A stretch of 64,000 bases of DNA. It comes from a virus. Location of the stretch: IMG/VR virus record IMGVR_UViG_3300000547_000002, positions 1-64,000 of that record; one strand, 5' to 3'. This document shows, one piece after another, positions 46,801 through 58,800 of the stretch. A program made the position numbers and the translations under genes. How positions within the stretch are numbered: position 1 is the first letter of the stretch; every line of letters begins with the position of its first letter. The notes beneath the pieces were generated by a model, which saw only the letters and a program-made list of their open reading frames with translations, was not told the origin of the DNA and made no database searches.

Positions 46801-49800
46801 TACATTTGCTTCTAGAGGTTGTGAAAGCTCAACGGTAATTGTGCTTCCGTCTAGGTTGATAATTTCATCTTCAAAGTCTGTGTCAAACACATCCCACGGT
46901 TGAGCAAACCAACCCTGACTATCCCAACCAGTCTGTCCTGAAAAATCAAAACCAGTGATTTCTACACCACCGTAATCCACACCGTACATTAATTGGCCGA
47001 GATATTTTCCTAGATCGCCTTCCTTGGGATCGTATTCAAAGTTTATTCTGTCTGCGGCTTTGAGAATATCCAGTGCCTTTCTGTATTCTATGCGAATTTC
47101 TGTGCCCGCAGCAGGGGCAGGATCTATAACAACTCTGCCCAATGATCTTTCATAGGTTTTAGAATTATCTACGACATTTTCGTATGAATATGTGCCTCTT
47201 GGAACTGGAGCATTGTCAATGAACACAGATACTCTGTCGCTTCTTAAATCCATTGGCCACTTGAGATCGAACTCCTGTCTAAATCCACTACCTGTAAATG
47301 TTTCTGTGGTGTCTAGTGACACAAATTCGAAGTTGCCGCTTGTTCTGTCGAACTTGATTTTCACAGAAGCAGTTCTTACAGGATTATCGCCTATTCTAGC
47401 AACTGCTCTTGCTGGTGTTCCGCCTTCTTCTATTGATCCTATAATATTGACCTGAGGACTTGACAGATAGCCTGATCCCTGTGTTACAATAGAAATTTGA
47501 CTTACGGTGCCGCCTGCGCCGAGAGACGCTTGAGCCGTTGCTCCTGTGCCCCCGCCGCCGGTGATTTCTACGACTGGTCTATTCGTGTATCCCTGTCCAG
47601 AATCTACTACGTCTATTTCTATAACACGATGTGTGAAATTTTCGATCCAGTTAGAATAAGGATCCTGGACAATATCACCGTCGCTTGTTACAACTTCGTT
47701 GTTTCTAACAACGGTTTTGAATGGAAGAATTTTCTGTTCGCTTTCTACGAAACGCGGAGGTAAATCAAAGTCTGTGACAACGGTTTCCGTGTTATCTCTG
47801 TTGTCATAAGTAGAAAGATACTCTCTTACCTTTGTCTTATAAGGTTTTACTTCTTTCACATACTCTTCATATGACGCTAGATTATCATTGGAGAATGTAA
47901 GTTTCTGTTCTAGTTCTCCTACATTGTGCTGTGCTTTTACAAAACTGGTCTTGAACGCCCAATCTACAAAATTCTGTTCCGCAAACACATATCTAAGGCT
48001 AGCAAAGAATAAGCCATTGTATTCACCTGCTAGGTCATCTACCAAAATGTCGTCTCTAACTGTTTCGAGAATTTTTCTAGTTTCTGTTGTAGGTAGAGCA
48101 TCAAAATTAACACCGTCAAACGCAGTAACGTCATAGCCTGTTAGGTTTCTCGCTGTGTCATATAGCCTTGGCAGAATTTGTATGGTTCCATTTTCTCTAC
48201 CAATAGTCTTATAATTTTGAGTATAGTCTATAAAGTCATTGTCTGCGATTTTTTCTAACAGCAACCAGCCGCCGCTGTTAATATTCTTGATTTTTACAAT
48301 GTCGCCAATTACATCATTTAGACCAAACAGCTCGTAGGAAGAATCTATAAGGAAGCTAATGCCTGTGTTAGCATTATATCCTGCAGCATACCAATCTTGA
48401 TATTCCCAATACTTTGTTACGTCATAGGCTTGGCTTGATATACGTATCCAGTCAGTGTTATCTCGATTTCTCTGATAGATTGCCCATTTTCCGTCAATCG
48501 TAGAATCGTTTTCTACCAGCACAGCAAAAGGTCTCACAAGAATTGTAGTAGCATCATTGTAGTATTCGCCTTCTGATACAATTTCTACAGATACTATTCT
48601 ACCTTGTGTGTCTATTTCTAATTCTAATTCTGCGCCAGTGCCTGTGCCTATGATTTCGATTGTAGGAGGTCTCTGATAGGATCTGCCAGCATCAACTATA
48701 TCTACATCTACGATTCTGCCGTTATCGATTACAGGTTTAAGAACGGCAGGTCTTGCTCTTGTAATGCCAATAAATTCTAGATCTATTTCAGTTTCTACTG
48801 TTCTGTCGTATCTGTTTGACACAATTGACGGTTTAGGATCCGTATCTAATAAACCAGAAATGTCCTTTTCGTCTATTATGAGATTGTCAATTAGCACTCT
48901 GTTGAGTCTTTCGACAAATTGTTTTAGTGCTTCTATTCTATTCACAAACCAACTCTGTCTTGGTCTGTTTAGAATACCGTATTTCTGTTTTGGATTTAGA
49001 GCAGGGTCAGGAACAGGGCGTCTTGCTTGATCAAATCCTACCAAACTATCGAACCACTTTGCTTCTACGTCTTGGTTTGGCCTGCTGGATTCAAGATTTT
49101 CTGTTAGTATCTGATATTGATTATGAACATTAGCATCTTGATTTTCAATAGTGTAGTATTGAACGCCAAGAGCAACATCTTGATTTTTGAATAGAGAATT
49201 GCTGTTATAGATTGCGAATTCATCCTTGCTTATAAACGCAGCAAATCTGTAGCCTTGACCTGCTGGATCTGAAATTAATTGAGCAATATCTCTTGCGGAG
49301 AGGTTGCGATTTTCTACGACAGGAACCGTGCTCTTGTTTCTTACCCAATAGTAGTATCTGTTACTGAAAGTGTTTGTAACTTCGTTATACACTCTCTTTG
49401 TGACATATCCGTTATCACCATATCGTGTGGTGCCTGTGATCCCTTGTGTGAATCCCTGTTCTGTTCCTGATCTTGAATCCCATTCTGACGGAAGCAGTGC
49501 GGATTCTACCCATTCATAGACATCAATGGAGTTAGAATCGGAGAATAACGTGTTCCAATTATTTGCAGAGTAAGTTACGGTTCCTTGATATGGATTTAGG
49601 AATCTCGCATTGGAGAGATCCCACCATACTTTTCCTACCTGTCTTGCTCCCCAGCTATTTGTTTTATTAATGTTGCCTTGAGTGCCGTCTGTGTAAGTAG
49701 CAGGATCTTGATACATTTTGAAATCTATTTCTTGATCTGCTACTCCGGCAACTTTTCCTTGTAGAGGATCAATGTAATCAAGGTATTCTATTAGTTGATT

Positions 49801-52800
49801 GGTTTTTGTATTGTAAAGAATTACCTGTTTGATTTTATCGACATCTATCGTAGGTTTAATCTGTTTCTTAATGCTCCAGAAATTGTCTTCGCTGTCTTTT
49901 TTATATTCAATCAAAACGCCTTCTGCGCGATCTGTTGATAGTTTTGGCAGAGACGCATATAAAACTTCATTGGCAAGTAAAATATTTTCACCGAAGAATC
50001 TTACGCCTCTGTCGTAATCAACGGTTTGGAAATATAGCGCAGTGTTATCCTCAATCTGATAAAGTCTTACGGTTCCTGTGTTTTCGGTTTGATCCACAAA
50101 CATTGTAAATTGCTTATCGAAAGTAGTAGTTTGATTGTCAAAGGTAGTAACAGCAGAAGCATTTGAATTTTTAGAAGTTATTGCGAGAATTGTGTCTGAA
50201 AATTCTACACGTGTTCCAAACTGCTCTCCGATCGCCTCTGTAGGTCCTACAAGTGTTTGAATAAGTTCGAAAACGCCGGATATCTGTTGATACACATACA
50301 CCTTGCCTTGATCGATATTGCCTTCACTATTCCTTGGAGCACCAACAGCAATAAATCTGCCGTCTGGCGTTATCGAAACTGAAATTCCATAGTCTTGATC
50401 TGCTAGGTCAGGCTGAATTGTTTGATCGAGAATGTAGAATTCGTTTAGATTTCTATAAACTAGAACGGTGTCTTTGTCGTCGTATCTTGCGGACAACGCA
50501 ATAATTTCTCCATTACGAGATACAGCATAATCTCTCGCAAATTCTACAAGGCCGGCGGCATCAAGAACGGAGATATCTGCGTTGTCTAACACCAATCCCG
50601 AATCATTTGGTATGTAGCCTAGATAGTCTACGGGCGTTGTAATTAATTCCCATTCTGTTTCGTCAAATGGTTTAGGAATCACATTGGTGACTGCTCGATA
50701 GAGTTTGTCATTGCGAAATACAACATCGCCTTCTGAATAAATTATATCGTCAGTTGCGGCAGTTTCTACATATTCTCCTGCGTAGTTTTTATCTATACAG
50801 AGTTCCCAATCATAGAAGAATCCATTAGAATCGCCTCGTTTAAAGGAGTAAATTTTTCCGTATTCTTGGTTTTGTGACGCTACGGATTCGTCTGCTTTTA
50901 CAAATATTTTTTCTAAACCGTTTATTGTGGCAGATTCTATTTGACTACCTAGCTGGTTGTCGGTCTTTCTATCTGGTACGATTAGGTTTTTGTAGTTTGT
51001 CCATTCTACCTTGCCCGTTCTTTCAAACACAGACACAACGCCTTCGTTTGATAAACCACTTGGATCACCGCCCGCACTGGCTTCTACTGAAAATACCTTG
51101 TCCCAGTCCGCATTTATAACACTGGGAACATTCGCAGGACGAGTAGATCCTAGTACGGTTTCTTCTCTATAAAACCAATATTCTGCTTCTAGCAGTCTTG
51201 GGTTTTGAATGTCTTCTAGTAGAACAGGTGTTTGTTTTTTAAACACTAGCATCTTGCCTATTCCGAAATCGTCGTTAGGGAATGATCTTCTGTCTAGCTG
51301 GCCTATTGTTCTAAAGCCAGAGTCGGGATCATAGAAATCGTCACCTGATCCGTCTGCGAGGAAGTTTATTGTTCTATTTTCACCGAAATCTCTGCCAAGA
51401 CCCCAGTCGCCTTGTATGTTTCGAATGTATATTCTAGCATCGTCGTTGTTGAATTTCTGATAGAATAGAACTTCTGCTGTTCCTAGTCCTTCCGCATCTT
51501 GAATTATTTGCGGGATTGGCTGTTCTGTGACCGGGTCTAACTGAACAAATTCGGAAAAGATGTCATAGGGCTCTACTACTCTGCCGGATTCAAAGCCGAG
51601 AATTGTAATGTCAATGTAGCCATCCCATACATATTCTATTGTGTGTCTCTTATTGACATCGGCAACTGAAAGACCTGTGTCTGTGATATCTTTGATTACA
51701 CCATTTTCGTAGCTGGGAACAGGATTGTAAAATAGATCAATTTCGTCACCTGGGGCAACACGATCTGATATAGATTTCGGTGCCCTAACTACAAATAAGT
51801 CACTTTCCAGTTGAAAGTTTGCCTGATCGTATGGTCCAGGAAGGCCTTCATAACTTAATGTCGTAATTTCGCTGTATCTATCATCGGGCCCTGAATTCGC
51901 AGGCGGTTCAAAATTTAATACGTTTTCGTAGAATCTGTTTTGATTGGTTTCTCCTTGAGGGACAAAATCATAGATTACTAATCCTCTGCCTGTGTCGCTG
52001 TTTTTTCCATTTACTTCGTAGTTTTGCGCAACATCTATCTTCCAAAAGCCACCAAAGGCATCTGAAAAATCTGCGGTGTTTTCTACAGGCTCTACTTTTT
52101 CGTATTGACCAATAAATTCACCAATGCCTGTAATAGCAGTGCCTTCTATGTCAAAGTCACCGTTTTGATCTTTGATATAGATACTCAAGGCAGAACCAAT
52201 ATTATAAACATAGGCAATTGTTCCTACTGCGTTTGCTGTTTCAATTGTCTGTCCTGCTTCCGGAATTGCTGTGGCATTAGGAATAGAAAGAACGGTTTCT
52301 ATCTTATCGGAGATTGTAAGTAATCCTGTAAGATTAGAGTCATCGAAATTTGCTAAATCGCCGTTGAAAGGCTGACGTTCTGTTAATAGTGTTTGATCTT
52401 GATAGGCATATGATAGTGTGTTCCATTCTGCCTTTATTTGATCTCCCACAGAAGAGCCCTGATACTGGTCCAAAGGTGCTCTTATAAGGAAATGGTCTGC
52501 TATGTTTTGTTCGTCTGGGTCGGCGCCAACTGAAACAAGCGGATAATTACCAGCTAGAACGACTTCTACTTGCTCGTCGTTTTCACCTGTTAATCCTTTT
52601 TCAATGAGATTTTGTAGATAGGAATTCCATGATCCTAGAGGCACACTTTCCAAAAATCTCTGAATAGGTGCGGTAGCACGCCATAGGTTGTCTCGCAGCC
52701 TTACAACATCGCCTATAGCATAGTCTCTGTTTTCGTCGAAGTCTCCTTGATATAGACTGGCAACGTTAGAGGCACCCGGAGCACCCACAACGATCCATCT

Positions 52801-55800
52801 ACCGTCTTGCGATACTGCTACAGAAGATCCGAAACGAGATCCCGAGTCCGCTATACCTGTTTGAAGAACAAGTGTTTGTGCCAGTTTGTAATTGCCTGAA
52901 GCACTTGCTCTTACATATACAAAAACCTTGCCATCTTCGTCGTTGGGGCTGCCTACAACAAGAACGGTGTTTCTAGAATCTACAGCAAACGATGTGCCAA
53001 AAGACTCCGGAACAGAATTCGGGTTGTTTATTTCTTCTGATTCTACGAGAGAACTTGACCTTTCGAGAACCTTCCATCGGTTGTTCAAGTCTTTATCTAG
53101 GTAGAGTTCGGAAAGACCGTTTTCTATTTCGTTGATAGCACGATTAACGTCTCTTGCGGATTCAAACCTAGAAGAAATCAATTTGTTAATAGCAGCATAA
53201 TTTTCTTGAATTTCAAGATTGTTTGGTCCAGAAACGTAAACTTCGTTGGAAACTATGTCTTCTATCTTGTAAAAACCGTCCTGTGTTGTGTAGTCTAGAC
53301 TTATGATTTCACCTATTTCTAGATCAAAAATTCCTGTTGAAATTTCTAAAACAAATTGACTGCCTGATTCTATGATGGATTCAACCGTGATGTCCGAATT
53401 TAAGAGAGTGTATACATCCCAATCCTGTTCTAGGTTTCCTACCCATACGGTAGATCCTAGAGTTGCTTGATTGTAGTCAATGTCTAAAATATCATCGTAT
53501 GTGTCTACTCTAAAGTCAACATCTTCTTCTGCGACATAACCGCTGTCTTGAACATAGCCTTTCGTCACAAATTTCGACACAGGAATAGAGTGTGTGTAAT
53601 TTTCTGGTTTGAGATAGACTTCTCCGGGAAGCAGTTTGATTACCCTGCCTGTGTAATCTGCGTCAACTGAATCAACCAATTCAAATGTTTGAGGATCGGT
53701 AGAAACTTGAGTTTCGTCTACGACAAATTCTACTTCTTCAAAACCATCTACGGCACCATATTGGCCTACTTTGATTGCCCACTCTTCGAAAAACTCAAGG
53801 CTTTCTCGATCCTGCGAACCAAGCGGGTCAAAAAGTTTTGTTAGAGCATTACGTGTGCCTTTGTCTTGAATAAATCCTTGATAGAATTTGTATTGACTTA
53901 CGTCATCGTTTATAATATTAGCAAGATAGTCTCTATTTTGATAGCCTATTAGATGCTGCGCAAATTTTTGCTGTTCCGCATCAAAATTGTCTGTATCAAG
54001 ATCATAGAAATCCGCAAATTGATTTGTCTTGTAATCAAAATTTGGTAACAGTCTTGATTCTGGCCTTTCGTCCAGCAACTGCCAATCATCTGCATTAAAC
54101 ACTGCTGCGCCAGGAATTCTGTTTTTCGCAGCATAGAAAAATTCTTTGTATTTTACAAGGTCGCCTATCGCATAATCTCTCCAAGGCTGCCATTCTGTGA
54201 CTCTCGCATCATCAAACACAAATCCAGGTATGTTGAGAGAGCCGTTCCACTCTGTAGTTCTATAACCCAGAGCCTTGATTCTTTCTTGCCTAAAGCCCGG
54301 TCCTTGGTCGTATATTATATCGCCGAAGTCGGTTCTGTTGTCTATAATAACAGCGTGTTCTTTCTGTATAAGGCTGATTCTTACACCAAAAATACCATCT
54401 TCTGTTGCTCTAGTTCTTATTCTAAATTCGTTTTCGTTTTCTCGAGTAAGAGCAACGTATCGAGGCTCTAAAGGCTTACCATCTACCTTGAATAGGCTAT
54501 ACCCATAAAATGTATCATAGATATCACCTACCATGGCATTTTCTGGTCTAAATCTCAATTCGAAAGCGCCTGGTGATAGAGAAATTACAGAACCTTCACT
54601 CCAGTTTTGTAATGTCCAGAACGCAAATTCTTTCGCTGCTGTCTGCCAGTCTGCTACAAAACCGTTTTCTGCTTCATAGTAATCAAACACAAATCCCTTT
54701 GCTTCTAGCCAATCTCCGTAGCCTAGCAGAAAGTCTACTACTTCCTGTATGTTTTCTATTACCGTGCCGTATTTGATGGTTCGTTCTTGTGATCTGTCGA
54801 ACTGCGTGCGGATTACGATGTCTCTACCGCCTTCTCTAGGCACTTCTGGCAGTTGAACAAACTTGTCTGCGTCAAATTGTGTGGAAGTTGTATGTGATTC
54901 AAGTGTTCTATAGAATCTTGACTGAAATACTACAACCGCACCTTTGGAAATAAATTTTCTCTCATCCCACTCAATAGTTGCTTCGCTTACACCGCCTACA
55001 TTTATCGTAGAGTCTGATTGTTTTTCTATGTAGCTGTAGTAAGTGAATACAGGATTGTATTCATCGTAGCCTCTTATAATAAAGCCGCTTGGTATTTTTT
55101 CTATGTAAACACCGCTATAAAAAATATTCCGTATCGGTGTGCTTGTGTTAAGAAATATCTGATAGTTTTCCTCTGGAACAAAAACATTTCCCTGATTGAG
55201 AGGAGTTCTGCTGTCAAGCAAGAGTTTTAATTTTTCTTTGTTAGAAAATCCTGCCAGTTTGAATCCCAGTTGAACTTCTAGACTTTTTAGTTCCTGTTGA
55301 TATGTTTCATAGGCCTGATCTGAATCTATGTAATCTCTTATCCAATTTACCAGGCCAGAAGTTAAAACAATATCTTCGTCGGTTTGTCTATTTGGGAATT
55401 TAAGTGCGGATAGCGTCAATTGTCTATTAGCAGCTTCATAGGATAGTTCGTCTATACCTGTGCGGAACGTTCTACTTCTATCAAACGCAGTAGCAAAAAC
55501 TCTGTTTGGCTGATTTTGAATTAACGCAGATATAAGAGCAAAAGGATATTCTGAACTCCTTCTCCACGCAGTTTCTACAGGAGATTCGTCGCCAAATTGA
55601 AATCTATTGTCTAGTTCATAGCTGTTGTAGGTTTTTACATAGTTGGTTTTAAGCGGCGGAAGCAGTTGTCCCGCAGCATCTACAGGAACAAAAGCAGAAA
55701 GACCCGGTCTCGCATACTTGGGGGCAAATTCTATGTTTTCGTCAGGCTTTCTAATTATACCTCGTTCCAGATCTTCCCATAATATCAAATTGTTTCTTGT

Positions 55801-58800
55801 GTAAGGAGCAGGTCCGTAGGTCTGTTCCCACCACTCTGGTTTTTCTGAATAGCCGAGCATTTCCCAGGGATGCGTGTGAGGTCTGTCTGTGTCGTAGAGG
55901 TTCTTGTAAATCCTTCTCCAATAGCCCCTTATAACTTCGTCTCGAATTGATCCTGTGCCTGTATAATTGTAGGTGAACGAATTAGTTCTTTCGTAGAAGT
56001 TATTTTCGGTGTAATCTGCTTCTACGAGATTTGTCCAGGAAATAAAATCTGGCAGTATAGAATCGTCTATTTGGTCTTTGGTTAGTCCAGTAGATCTAAA
56101 TTCTGACGGCACATAATCGTTTATGTCAAATATATTAGGATCATAGGCGATTTTTATATTATTATAGATCCTTTTTTCTAATTCAAGTAGTAGATCGTCT
56201 CTGAAGTCGCCGTATGCTTTTGTAATACTGCCGTCGTGGCCTTGTATAACTTCTCTGGGCTCTAGATAGGTGTCATCTACAAACTTCTCTGGCTTAAACA
56301 GAGGATACAAACCCAGTTTTGTAGGCGTGGCAGGAACAAAACTGCCGTTTGTAGTTTCATATTCGTAGATCGTGATTGTGTCTCCTACTGATGGAGATTC
56401 TGTTAATTGGACAAAATTTTCCTCTGTAATTGTGTAATCATAGCCTATGAGCAGTTGTTGTTGATTTTTATAAACTAGAACGGATTTTGAACTTAGCACA
56501 TTAGGATCAAACGGTTGAGACAGCGCAAAAAATACTTCGCCATCAAACGTAATTCTTGATTCGCTTATTTCGGCAGCTCCGTATGCTAACATGTCTGTTT
56601 GGAAAAACTCGCTCTGCCTTGTTTTGTTAGCAGCGTATTCACGCATTACTTGATTAAAATGCTTAGTAGTAGGCCCTTCAAAGCCCAGTCTTGTAGCAAT
56701 TTCTACAAATTCTCTTTTAAACTTGCTGTATGCGTTTTTGGAATATCTAATTGCTTGGATAATGTTAGCAGGATTTCGATCCAAATGATATAACGCAAGA
56801 CTCAAAGGCGCAGAGTGTTTTACTATTCTTTTGCCAAATTGAGAAACCGTGCCTTGGTCTCGTAGATTGCTTACTCCAGGAAACGCTCCTTCGAATTCGT
56901 CTATTTCGCTTACTATCGTTTGAACATGATCATTTATTTCACCAAGGGTAATAAATTCGAAATTTTCGTTTTGAGGATTTCTTTCGAGATTTGAAGGTAT
57001 TTCATACAGGCCGTTTTGGTTTTTCGGCTGGCTTGATTTTGTTTTTATTAACACTACATCTTCGTTGTCCAAAGTTCTTTGAAATTGTATTTGAAGTGTG
57101 TTGTTAGAACCCGTGACAAATTCGTAATCTCTATTTTGAAATTGTAGAGCGTTATTAACAAAAACCTTTACATACAAATCGTCAATTAGCGCAGATTCGT
57201 CATAGACGTCGATAGGGAATGTGGTATTGGAATTCGCTACTACAAATTGTCTTACGACAGGCTGTGTGCTTAATTCAAAACCTTTCTTCCAACCGTTATA
57301 CCATACAAAATTCGTTCTTGAAACAAACTTTTTAAGAAAACCAAGGTCTGTCTGTTCCTCTAAAACTTGTAAATTGTCTGGACAAAAAGTTATGCTGTCT
57401 TGTAAAAGATCAAACCTAAACAGAATGTCACCGATATTTCTTATATTTCTATAGTTTAGGCGAATTCCCAGTTCTGGGTCTATAGGAGAATTGCCCATGC
57501 TATAGGAAAAAATTCTAGTTCCTTGAAAGTCGCTGGAAGGATATACTTCTCGGTCAGCAAGGCTGTCTCCGTCGCAGTTGAATACGTCAAATAGAGGAGG
57601 TTGATTTACACTTTCTTTCTGCTGTGATAGACTCCATGTGTCGCCGTCATAACTTAAAATTTTACCTCTGTAGGTTCTGCCCTGTAGGCAAAGCACGGTT
57701 TGATCTATCAAAGGCTCTGCGTCTTCTGCTTCTACGAGAGCTATCTGTCTTTCACCTTTGAACGTAATAAACGAAACTTGAAAAGTTTTATTAGATACAA
57801 ACGTGTCAGGATCGGCTGTGAATAACACTCTCATGCCTTCTACTAGATTTACACCATCTACAGAATAGCCGGTGCTTCCTTCTATAGTAGAAAACACGTC
57901 TTTGGTAAAATCATCTACAAGATCAACTGCCTGTTTTTTTGCTGTGCCAAAGTTAAAAAGTTTTAGACCTGCTTCAAATTCAATTATAGGTCTTGTTGCT
58001 CTTTGGTTTTGGTCTATAACCAATTCTGTGTTGTTGATTCGAGCGGCGGTTTCTATGATGTCTCTGTGAGTCCAGCGATTGTATTTGGACCAAAGGTTTC
58101 CGTCGCCGCTTGCTCTGTTAATTGTAAAGTAGTCTTTTTCTCTAGCAAAACCTATCGCTGTAGAATAGGGAGTTGTATCGTAGGCTTCTGTGTCGAATTC
58201 TATGATTTCATTCTGTAAAAAGTCTGTAGGCGTAGTCAGTTCTGCTTCGGGAACAAGAGCAATTTCTTCGCCTACACCTTCCACATAATAATAGCCTTCT
58301 TGATAGAATTCTGGCGAAGTCTTACCTTGGAAGAAGATTTTCATTCCATTTGAAAGATCAAAGTTTTGACCTGTTCTATAGGTCTTCTTTCCTATGATTT
58401 CTTTTTCTACGTCTATGAAACTTGCTTCTTCGAGATCGTATATTCTAATTAGGCCGCCAGCATTTATATCTACGTCACTTACATAGTAGATAAAATCAGG
58501 AGAATTTTCGTCCAGCGTAAATTCAACCGTGCCTTGTTCTACGCCTTGGACGGGTATTGTTCTAGAAAGATTGAGATCTTCGTTGTTATCCCATTTGTCT
58601 GCGTCTTTTTCGAATTCGTCGTCGGATCTATGATCTTGAGTAGCAATGTAGATTTTTGAATCTACAAGAACGGTTTCGCCAGTTGAGTATGATGTAAATG
58701 GCGTCCAGGCTCGAGCTGTTAAGCGCTCTGTTCTAAAGCTGATAGGAACACCAGGTGAATCTATTACAAAACGATATGCTACTCCTCTGTATAAAGTGAT